From positions 76,012,001 to 76,076,000 of the forward strand of contig OZ241828.1 in assembly GCA_965202585.1 (NCBI GenBank): DNA of 64,000 bases, read 5' to 3'. The position numbers were made by a program, and so were the translations under genes. The DNA comes from Thalia democratica. Taxonomy: Eukaryota. Below are positions 48,885 to 59,508 of the stretch, in pieces. Every line of letters starts with the position of its first letter. The stretch's first letter is position 1. The notes below the pieces were generated by a model. The model saw nothing but the letters and a program-made list of their open reading frames with translations. It made no database searches and was not told the DNA's origin.

Positions 48885-51800
48885 AGTCATTTTCAAGATG
48901 AATTTATTTGATTGGAAAATATTGTTGACACTAATGAAACAAACAAGGTAAACAAAAAAAGTTAAAGAAATAAAAAATGTGAATAAAATTAAACAATAAA
49001 GATTCAGATTAAATGGATGAAGAACTTCAGCAGGATAACAACAATTGGTAAATGGAGCTTGAAGCAATTGGAAGTGATCATTTCACCAGAGGAACATCTG
49101 CAAACCAAGGTTGTTATCATTTTTAGTTTTTTTGACCACACCTTAAAGCTTATAAAATAGAAAAGTTTATGTGTATGTTTTTTTAAATAAGCTAAATATT
49201 TATGGAGAACAGATTTATGTTTATTTTAAGTTTCAAACTTTACTATTCAAAACAAGTTATGTATCCTTCTTGTTTTATATTGAGTTTCGTTCCTATTTTT
49301 ATTTACAAATATATAAGGGGTCGTACAAGTCAAGTTAAATATTTTTGGAAAGTTTAGCAAGACAGTTTGTTAGAATTAAAATTTTTAGGATTTTTTGAGA
49401 AATCTATATTTAGTAATTTTTTAGTTTTTATTTAGTTTTTATAGCCTTTACTTTGGTTAAGCAAATGTCATGTTAGAAAATGTCAGTGATTGTCAGTACA
49501 AATACTTAAAAGTTTCTGAATTGTTAAAATTTTTGTTTTTTCGTTTTAAATAAATATTATCGCTTCTTTGTTAATAATATACTTGTTTGATAATTGTCCC
49601 CACCTTTTCGCAAAAAATTCTTGAATGCATTAGCTGCCAAAGGCTACAATATAAAGTAAGTGTATCAGTTTCGCTGTAGTTAGAGTTGTTAAAATAATCA
49701 AAATTGGTTTAGCTAGAAAGTAAAGTTTAATACATGTGTGTGTAGCACTTTAGTAAAAGTTCCGAAAACTAAAACTTTAATGATATTATCTGGAAATATA
49801 TCTACTTAAGTATAAATTTTGAAACTAAAAAATTATAAGTTATATTATTAATAGTTTACGCATTTATAACTAGTCTTATAGGACAATTTGTTGGTTGTGA
49901 GGCCAATTTGGAGCCAACTAAGAAAGGTTAGGAAAAATGTCAGTCAAAATATCAATCTAAATTTTTCGTACGAACTATGATAAAACCTTTAAGTACCTCT
50001 AATATGTAATTTTTTATATGAATATATGAAAATTTCTCTTATACGACTGTTATTATATTCACTTCTTTAAGTAATAGTTTTGGCGCCAATTGTTTTCCAG
50101 AATATTTTAAATTTTGTGCGAAAATAACAATTTAAACTTTTTTTAAAGTTTGGCGCGAATTTATTACTAATAACTTATAAATTTAGGCGGCAATTATTAG
50201 GAGGGGAGGTTTAAAACTAATTTCATTTAAAAATTAGCTGACGTCATAATATGTTTATTTTAAATAAAATATTTTGAGTCATTTTTTAACTCGAACACCA
50301 GTCTTTAAACTTTAAATATAATACTTCTTATACCTTGAACAAAATAGAACATTTTAAGTTAGATATAAGTTAAACTTGTTATGATAATGTACCTAACTAA
50401 TGGTAAATTAACTTAATTAAAAAAAAGTATAACTTTAGAACAATCGATAGTTTTTTAACTGAAGTAAACAAATAAAATCTACAAATAATTTTTTATAGTT
50501 AAATGGTATATTAATTATTTGTTAGTGTTATTTTATGCAGAAAAACGTTAGTGACTTCCAATGTTTAAAATAATTAGTTCACTTAGTATAGACCTTCGTA
50601 AAAGGTAAAATATTTTTCTTAACTTATAAGTCATACCAGAAGTTTTATTATTTAAAATTTTTTTGTTTCTTTTATTAACAAATATTACTAATGTAGTATT
50701 ACGAGGTCGTAAACTTTATCTTTTTAATATAAACCAAAACATTTAGCCTGTAACTGTTTTATTTAATTGTCGAGTGTCAGTGGACAAACGCTTTTTTTTT
50801 AAACAGTTGTTTAAAGATGTAATAAAAATACATGCATATTTATGTACAAACACTTACAAAATAAGGTTTTGTGAGCAAATAGTTATCGCTATGCCGTTTC
50901 ATTATTTTTTTTCGAGTAGAAGCCCTATCAAGTATTATTTTTTTTAACAAGAGTAGAGCATCATTTTTTTTTCGCATCTTCTATTAGTTAGCTGACATAA
51001 GTTTAATCAATTTGCCTCATTAAGGTAAAGCAAACACACACTTATATCCATACATTAAATTGTACATTTAATATCATTAAAACTAAAGATGAGTCTGTTT
51101 TCTTATTTGTTTTATTAAGCTTTTTACTTTTTCTTATACAATGTATCCCCGTTTCTGGTCAAATAAATTTATTTAAAATAACATAATTTTTTTTTAGGAT
51201 TTCTTTTTTTAAAATAACCTAGTCCAGTTTATTGTAAGTCATTTTCAAGATGAATATATGTGATTAAAAAATATTGTTGACACTAATGAAACAAATAAGG
51301 TAAACAAAAAAAGTTTGAGAAATTAAAAACGTGAATAAATTTAAACAATAAAGATTCAGATTAAATGGATGAAGAACATCATCAGGATAACAACAATTGG
51401 TAAATGGAGCTTGAAGCAATTGGAAGTGATCATTTCACCAGAGGAACATCTGCAAACCAAGGTTGTTATCATTTTTAGTTTTTTTGACCATACCTTAAAG
51501 CTTATAAAATAGAAAAGTTGATGTGTATATTTTTTCAAATAAGCTAAATATATATAGAAAATAGATTTATGTTTATTTTATGTTTTAAACTTTACTATTA
51601 AAAACAAGTTATGTATCCTTTCTGTTTTATACTAAGTCTCATTCCTATTTTTATTTACAAATATATAGGGGGCCGTACACGTCAAGTTAAATATTTTTTT
51701 CTAGAAAAATTAGCAAAAGATAGTTTGTTAAAGTTGAAATTTTTAGGGTTTTTTAAAATTAAATTTTTAGTAATTTTTTTAATAAACATTTAGTTTTTAT

Positions 51801-53596
51801 AGCCTTTACTTTGGTTAAGCAAATGTCATGTTAGAAAATGTCAGTGATTGTCAGTACAAATACTTAAAAGTTTCTGAATTGTTAAAATTTTTGTTTTTTT
51901 GTTTTAAATAAATATTATCGCTTCTTTGTTAATAATATACTTGTTTGATAATTGTCCCCACCTTTTCGCAAAAAATTCTTGAATGCATTAGCTGCCAAAG
52001 GCTACAATATAAAGTAAGTGTATCAGTTTCGCTGTAGTTAGAGTTGTTAAAATAATCAAAATTGGTTTAGCTAGAAAGTAAAGTTTAATACATGTGTGTG
52101 TAGCACTTTAGTAAAAGTTCCGAAAACTAAAACTTTAATGATATTATCTGGAATATATCTACTTAAGTATATATTTTGAAATTAAAAAATTATAAGTTAT
52201 ATCATTAATAGTTTACGCATTTATAACTAGTCTTATAGGACAATTTGTTGGTTGTGAGGCCAATTTGGAGCCAACTAAGAAAGGTTAGGAAAAATGTCAG
52301 TCAAAATGTCAATCTAAATTTTTCGTACAAAGTATGATAAAAATATTAAATACCTCTAATATGTACTTTTTTGTATGAGTATATGAAAATTTCTCTCATA
52401 CTACTGTAATTATATTCACTTCTTTAAGTAATAGTTTTGGCGCCAATTGTTTTCCAGAATATTTAAAATTTTGTGCGAAATAATAATTTAACCTTTTTTT
52501 CAAATTTTGGCGCGAATTAATTACTAATAACTTATAAATTTAGGCGGCAAAAATTTGGAGGGGAGGTTTAAAACTAATTTCATTTAAAAATTAGCTGACG
52601 TCATAATATGTTTGTTTTAAATAAAATATTTTGAGTCATTTTTTAACTCGAACACCAGTCTTTAAACTTTAAATATAATACTTCCTATACCGTGAACAAA
52701 ATAGAACATTTTAAGTTAGATATAAGTTAAACTTGTTATATTAATGTACCTAACTAATGGTGAGTTAACTTAATTTAAAAAAAGTATAACTTCAGAACAA
52801 TCGATAGTTTTTTAACTGAAGTAAACAAATAAAATCTACAAATAATTTTTTATAATTAAATCGTATATTAATTATTTGTTAGTGTTATTTTATGCAGAAA
52901 AACGTTAGTGACTTCCAATGTTTAAAATAATTAGTTCACTTAGTACAGACCTTCGTAAAGCGTAAAATATTTTTCTTAACTTATAAGTCATATCAGAAGT
53001 TTTATTTTTTAAAATTTTTTTGTTTCTTATATCAACAGATATTACCAATGTAGTATTTCAAGGTGGTAAACTTTATCTTTTTAATATAAACCGAAACATT
53101 TAGCCTGTAACTGTTTTATTTAATTGTCGAGTGTCAGTGGGACAAACGTTTTTTTTTTTAAACAGTTGTTTAAAGGTGTGATAAAAATACATGCATATTT
53201 ATGTACAAACACTTACAAAATTGGGTTTTGTGAGCAAATAGTTATCGCTTTGCCGTTTCATTATTTTTTTTTCGAGTAGAAGCCCTTTCAAGTATTATTT
53301 TTTTTAACAAGAGTAGAGCATCATTTTTTTTCGCATCTTCTATTAGTTAGCTTGACATAAATTTAATCAATTTGTCTCATTAAGGTAATGCAAACACACA
53401 CTTATGTCCATACATTAAATTGTACATTTAATATCATTAAAACTAAAGATGAGTCTGTTTTTTTTAAATTTGTTTTATTAAGCTTTTTACTTTTTCTGAT
53501 ACATTGTATCCCCATTTCTTGTCAAATAAATTTATTTAAAATAACATAATTTTTTTTTAGGATTTCTTTTTTTAAAATAACCTAGTCCAGTTTATT
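48885..53596 (+). repeat. Second copy of the 2.34-kb tandem pair (a2 48885-51233, b2 51236-53596)
   Basis: Same boundaries as a1/b1. Confidence 0.92.
49004..49097 (-). other. Candidate terminal exon encoding a GPI-signal-like tail (CSSGEMITSNCFKLHLPIVVILLKFFIHLI*); copies at 51356-51449 and, with a 13-bp deletion, ~1991-2069 and ~4330-4408
   Basis: Acceptor tttgcAG|A, small residues followed by a hydrophobic C-terminus and TGA; upstream exons not firmly established. Confidence 0.3.
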
Positions 53597-55809
53597 CCTG
53601 ATAATTAATTTTACGTTGGTATGCTTAAAGTCTTTTAAGTGTTTTCATCATTTGTTCAACTTCATTGTTTACAGTCTGTTTTTTATTGACATTGACTGTT
53701 TTTTAAAAAGTGAACAAACTTCTAGTAGTATTCACTAATTATTTTATATTAAATTTTAAAATTAGCTCAAATGTACGGTATTCTTAGTGATGTTGTGCAT
53801 TTTCTGGAGAAATTTGTTTGTTTCCACTCGAGTTTTTGTGATTTTATTACTCTTAGCAGAGTTGCCACGGGTCAGGCTGAGTTAGTTTTTTTTTTTTTTG
53901 AAAATTAGAACATGCTAGACTAAGTCGGTTTTTATGTTCAAATTGAACAAAGATTAATTTTTTTAGGTTAAAATGGCAAGAAGTAACCATTTTTTATTAC
54001 TAAATTACAAATTTCCTTAATATTCAAAGCCTTGAAGTTTTCCTAGAAATTTACTTTCATAGTCATTAAATCCCAAAGCTTTAAAAAATATTATTTATAA
54101 AGTCAGACTAAAGTTGCAAAATATTTTTAGAAACATGTTAGACTATTATCCTATTTTAACAAGTTGTAATCTTTTTAATTTTTAAGACCTGTTGCAAGGA
54201 CATTTCCATAGTGAAACTTTGATATATAGAAAAAAGTCTATTTTGCAAAATTTAAGAATCAGATTGTTTTATGTTTATGTAAGTTATTAAAGCAAATAAT
54301 AATTTTATAAATATAGCTTTTGCTCCAGTACACATTCTAAACACAGTAGCTACTCAGTAGAAAGTTTGTAGCTAATAATTACTAGTCTATATAAAAAATA
54401 AACCTGACAGAAAATATTTTTTATGGTTCAAAAATGTGTACTGAACAAGTAGTAAAATGCGTATTTGTCAAAATATGTGTACTCAAAATGCGTACTTATA
54501 AGCCATACCTAAGTTAAAGGTGATAGCCAAAATTTTGCTTGGAAACCCTATCTTAGAGTTTATCACAAAATTTTGAGTATATTTGATCATAAAACAATCT
54601 TTGAAAAAATAGTAGTATATTGTATTAAGTAAAAATAGTAAATGAGTTTTTATCTATGGTTTTCTTTATTTATTAAGTTATAGGTTTTTTAACTCTGCTG
54701 ATGATTTAGCAATTTTTTGTGTATGTTACTTTGACTACTTTGCATGTTCTTAGAGAAAGCTAGAATAACTTTTAGTCAAAATAGTTTTTTTTTTTCCTTA
54801 CAGCCGCGGAACTGCCATTTCATGATCGCCGAGTTCATTTCAGCCGTTCTTTATGGGTTTTTGGATTCTTTTGCACTCAGCTCCAATTCAAGTTAGTTTT
54901 AATTATTAAAAAAATACTTGTGTTGCAAAAACTAACTTATCATATCAAAGTTAATAAGTATAGCTTAATTTATATAAAATCTATACAGTTCAATTTTAGA
55001 AATGTTGATATCGAACCATGAACCATTCTTATGTGTATCAGGTTTTATCGCTCAACATTACTGTATAATAATTAATTTAATCTATTTAAATCTCAATTTG
55101 AAAGTGTTCTAGTCTTTAAGTTTTATACTGGCTGATTATAAGCAGTATGTAATTTATCATTAATCTAGTTAATACTTGTTTGAATCATTCTACACTTAAA
55201 TTACATTACTTATCAAACAGAAGTTCTTCTATGAATTATAAGCGTTAATTATTATTTTATGTCCAGTGATGGCCAATTCTACATTTTAAGGATTTTGTCC
55301 TACTTAGCCTACGTTAAACTTTTTTCGACTTGTAGCACGAATCGGCTTAACTGAAAACTAATACATAACTGCGACCCAGCCGTTGACCTATACAAATCAA
55401 GGTAAGTAAGCGTTCAGTTTTTAACTACGTTACGTCACTAACTTCTTCAGGTGCAGACTCAGAATCATTTAAAAAAATATTGCTCTAAATTTGCATAATT
55501 CTCACCTTTTAGAATAAATTAGTTCTCTTATGTTAGATTTTTGCACACAAATTCTCACTTCCAACCGAACTGACGCGTATATATACGAACTTCGGCATAA
55601 CCACCTTGATAAGAAAACAAGAGGCGTTTTGCGGCATCGATGATAACACGGCCTCCAAATAATGCCGAAACAAATTGGTTTCTTATGAGTCCTGAAGAAC
55701 TTGTACAACAATGTATAATCAAATGACATTGCGACTTGGCGACTTGGCGCACTTGGCCATCTTGGCAGATGAAAACATCTTATTGCAACATTTATTTATT
55801 TTTGTTTTT

Positions 55810-56189
55810 TGCAAACACTCATTCGCCTTTCTTTGTCCTGCGTATCTATCATCTTCTGATTGCTTGCCATTATAAGTTATTTTATGTTTGGCGTACAATG
55901 ATAGGAAACTTTTAGTGCCTTCCTGTTGAAAACTTTACAATATGGATGGTCTTCAGTAAACTTTTTACCAACAATCTCTAAACAGCGTTTCCCAACCAGC
56001 GTTGAAACGCTTTTGCATAATGAAGCATTGCAATATAAAATATTTCTTATACATCTTTTCTTGTTCATATGTGTTTGTAGGTTAACTCGTGATCGTAACC
56101 ACTTGCTCTTATAGCTTCCTTGAAGTGTTGGGTTAATACCTTAAAAATGCTTTGACTACTAGAAATCTCTTGAAGGGTGTTATTTTCAT
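55810..56189 (-). mobile_element. Decayed Penelope-like element, RT thumb/linker fragment
   Basis: Translation LQEISSSQSIF..FKEAIRASGYDHELTY..KRCIRNILYCNASLCKSVSTLVGKRCLEIVGKKFTEDHPYCKVFNRKALKVSYHCTPNIK resembles the recalled PLE motif LSxISSxxxIF..YxxALxxSGY..RNIIWFNPPF..KIFNRNTxKVSYSCMPN. Contains stops and frameshifts. End coordinate approximate. Confidence 0.8.
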
Positions 56190-56771
56190 GTTGCATCTCG
56201 TTCATCTTGACCTCCGAAGCCCGAAAAACCTCTACAAACTGCTGGGAGATGTTCAACAGGACCCGGTTGTTCTCAATTATTTTCCTCTCCGCTTTCAACG
56301 GTACTCTTCCAACGTCTCCCTAAAATTTCATCTAGTTTAACTTTGAGTTTTTAATAGTTTTTTATATTATTTTATACTATAATTTATATAGTTAGATACT
56401 TTAACTATTACTTAGTTGGATTTAACATTTTTTTTTGTTTAAAACAAATTTTATTTACTATTTTAGTTTACAATGCTGTCTTTTATTTTCTTTTTAATTT
56501 TTAGTTTATAATGTTTTTCTTTCATTTTATTTTACTTTCTTAATTTTTACTTATTTTTATGTTTAATTTCAATTAATTTCACCTTGCTCCCCTTAGGCCC
56601 GGCACTTCCAGCGGGTCCGTGCTTCCCGGGAAGTCCCGGAGGTCCTGCGGTGTTTTCCCTCTGTTGAAACTCCGATCCTTGCAAGTTTATGTTCAAGCTT
56701 GGACAATCGCTCTCCTGAGCGTTGAACAAACGGAACAGTGACGTAATAATCAAACACAAAATTAACTTCAT
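56065..56771 (-). pseudogene. Copy D, truncated/chimeric: exon 56583-56771 plus exon 2 from 56319, fused at 56189/56190 in frame to Penelope-like RT sequence (147-aa ORF)
   Basis: Reads ...SEVKMNEMQ|HENNTLQEISSSQSIFKVLTQHFKEAIRASGYDHELTYKHI*. Only ~50 bp of its own upstream region remains. Confidence 0.78.
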
Positions 56772-56836
56772 TTTTGTTGTTTGATGAGGGTATTAGCTAC
56801 AAAAAAATTAAAAATTTATTTCACAATTTCAAATAC

Positions 56837-58848
56837 TTTTATGAACTGCCTGCAGTGCAGATGAGCATCTACAATCTCTCTGATGTAGCTCGATGGTAAT
56901 TCGTACTCTACAAGCTTTACATATGAAAAATGAGGGTCGAATCCTTTTATGTTCACTTCATCAGGAGTATACATCAGGAGTATACATCAGGAGTACATAT
57001 AAAATAAAAAGAAAAGTTTAAAATTCACTCATTTGTTTTTTGTGTGCATCAAAAACTTTTTTATTCTTAAAAATACTTGCATTTAAACTTAAATGCGGAA
57101 CAACTATTAAAACATTTTAAAAATCTTTATGAGTTTATAGTACACAAATAACCTAACCCTTTAAAATATTAATTAATACACTATCATTTTATATATATGC
57201 GTTACAGTGTTATCCTAGATAATACAAGCGCATAATATTTTCAATTCTGTTCAAACCTGTATCAAACTAAATAGGCTGTAAGTTTTACGCTTCGATTTTA
57301 TAATAATTTCTTGCTGAAACATTACCTAATAGCCAAGTTTGCAACTCATAACCTTGTACACATATTTATGAACACAGTTAAATATATAATAGCCAGTTTT
57401 ATGGTTAAAACTTAAGCTAGTACTTGAAATATAAGTTTTAAGCAACTACGTAGCTTGGTCAAACCCAAGCTTTCATAATCAGCCGAAACAAATCTACGAA
57501 ATTAATTTCGCAAAGCTTGCATACTACCAGTAATTGTTTATTTACGATTTTTATAAAAATAAGTAATAAATATGTGTGAATATCAGAAATTTTTTTATTT
57601 ACACATAATTGTAAGTTATCAAATAACAACAATGTTTGCTTTTGACACTCGCTTTAATTTTTTTGTCTTTTATAAACAACTTTTATATTACTTTTCTTAA
57701 TTTTTATTTCTACCGGTGGTAAAATTTTGTTTCAAGCTCTGAAGCAAAACAGTTCAGTAAATATTTATCACCTGTAAAAAAATATTAAAAATTTTTTAGG
57801 TAATTTACCACACTTATCAATATCAATAAGCAAGACTAATAAATAATACCAAACTTATAAAACTTAAAATTAATGAAGAGTGAAGTTCTATATTTTACAC
57901 AAATTTCTGAGCATAACGTTCACATACAACATTTAAAGAACGTTAAGACAACTATAACACTTTTGACAAAATATACTCTAATATAAAAGTTAAACATTAG
58001 AAAAAATCACTAGAAACATAAAAAATTATAATTCATTAAAAGGAAAGCTCGTTAAAACTGTTTACTGTTTTGTAAATTTTTAAATCAACCAACCGGTGTT
58101 TCCGGTGACGTTGCAAAACACTGTGACGTAATAGTGACCGGACGGGTTCAAAGTGTACATACCGGAAACTACATCCGGGTTAAAAATCCTCATCTCGCCG
58201 CACGTCCTGTAAAACCTCCTCTCAACGTTTTCCCGCTTCAGCTTCGCGTTCTCGGCCTTCAGCTCGTCCAAGTCCCGTTGCATCTCGTTCATCTTGACCT
58301 CCGAAGCCCGAAAAACCTCTACAAACTGCTGGGAGATGTTCAACAGGACCCGGTTGTTCTCTATTATTTTCCTCTCCGCTTCCAACGGTACTCTTCCAAC
58401 CTCTCCCTTTATTTTTATTGTTATTTTTTTGTTTATTTAATATTTGAGCTCGTCAGATATTTTGCTCATCATTTGTTTATAACATTATTTATTTTATTCA
58501 TTGTTTACTTTTATCATCATTCACTTGTTTTCTTATTTCATATTGTTGTTTACATTATAAGATTTTTATTTTGAAAGGTTTTAATTTTTTAATTGTATGT
58601 TTTATAAATTACTTTAACTAAATTTACTTATTTTTATGTTTAATTTCGATAATTTTCACCTTGCTCCCCTTAGGCCCGGCACTTCCAGCAGGTCCGTGCT
58701 TCCCGGGAAGTCCCGGAGGTCCTGCGGTGTTTTCCCTCCGTTGAAACTCCGATCCTTGCAAGTTTATATTCAAGCTTGGACAATCGCTCTCCTGAGCGTT
58801 GAACAAACGGAACAGTGACGTAATAATCAAACACAAAATTAACTTCAT
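56837..58848 (-). pseudogene. Copy E, disrupted: intact exons 58660-58848 and 58094-58406, a 5'-truncated exon 3 (56837-56968), exons 4-5 missing
   Basis: The exon-3 acceptor and first ~23 nt are replaced by a ~620-bp copy of upstream intergenic DNA. The exon-3 donor is followed after ~16 bp by the upstream flank of copy D. Confidence 0.8.
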
Positions 58849-59256
58849 TTTTGTTGTTTGATGAGGGTATTAGCTACAAAAAAATTAATAATTTATTATA
58901 AGTTATTTAATAAATAGGTATTTAATGTTAAAGTGTTATTATTCGAAGAAAAGAAAATCAACAAACATTGAACAAATATTTAAAATTATTAAAAATGGTA
59001 GCTTTAGGTGGTAAACACCACAAGATTTTTTAAAACGTTTTTTTTTTAATATAACACATCTAACTTTTTCTATTTAAGCAACATAAAAAAGAACAAAATA
59101 CCGTACAAAAAGTTGAAAAATTATGTTCAGGTTAATCTTAGTATTTTTTGGTACAATATTATTTTCAAAATAAAGTATGATTTTTATAAAAATATACAAC
59201 TAGATTAATCTATAAAACTAGTATTGAATATTTAACTAGCTTTGCTTAAATCTTTC

Positions 59257-59508
59257 TCAACAAATTAATAAACAATGAACTTTACCGCAAGATCAACAAC
59301 AACAGCATCCGAGACAATCCTACGACCGGTTTCGTCCTTATTAGGACTCATCAGGCAGGAATAGTCGCGAGAAACCGCTATTGTGATCTTAAACAAGCGG
59401 GCTTAAGTACTTGTTGTTGATCTTGCGGTAAAGTTCATTGTTTATTATCGATGGCATAAAACATCTCAACATTGTTGATGATGGCCGAAATAAATATCAA
59501 CAAATTAA
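59257..59508 (-). mobile_element. Young 240-bp Penelope-type pLTR/retrozyme-like insertion with 12-bp TSD and 37-bp inverted repeat
   Basis: TSD TCAACAAATTAA at 59257-59268 and 59497-59508. Perfect IR at 59266-59302 / 59411-59447. The homologous sites upstream of copies A (~11990), B (~20720) and C (~33250) are empty. Confidence 0.85.
59318..59360 (-). ncRNA. Minimal type I hammerhead ribozyme
   Basis: Minus strand reads UCCUGC CUGAUGA GUCC-UAAUAA-GGAC GAAA CCG GUC^ GUAGGA. It has the invariant CUGAUGA/GAAA core, a 4-bp stem II, a 6-bp stem I (UCCUGC:GUAGGA) and a palindromic ACCGGU stem III with a GUC triplet. Predicted cut between 59324 and 59323. Confidence 0.88.

Larger units (their letters stand above)
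47017..56047 (+). repeat. Segmental duplication, near-identical to 1-10054
   Basis: Position 1 aligns to 47017; homology ends at the PLE/gene junction. Confidence 0.95.

Noticed and set aside
59475-59490. TTGATGATGGCCGAAA, a possible second hammerhead on the plus strand
   Set aside because: Core lacks the initial C, and there is no proper stem II, stem III or cleavage triplet.
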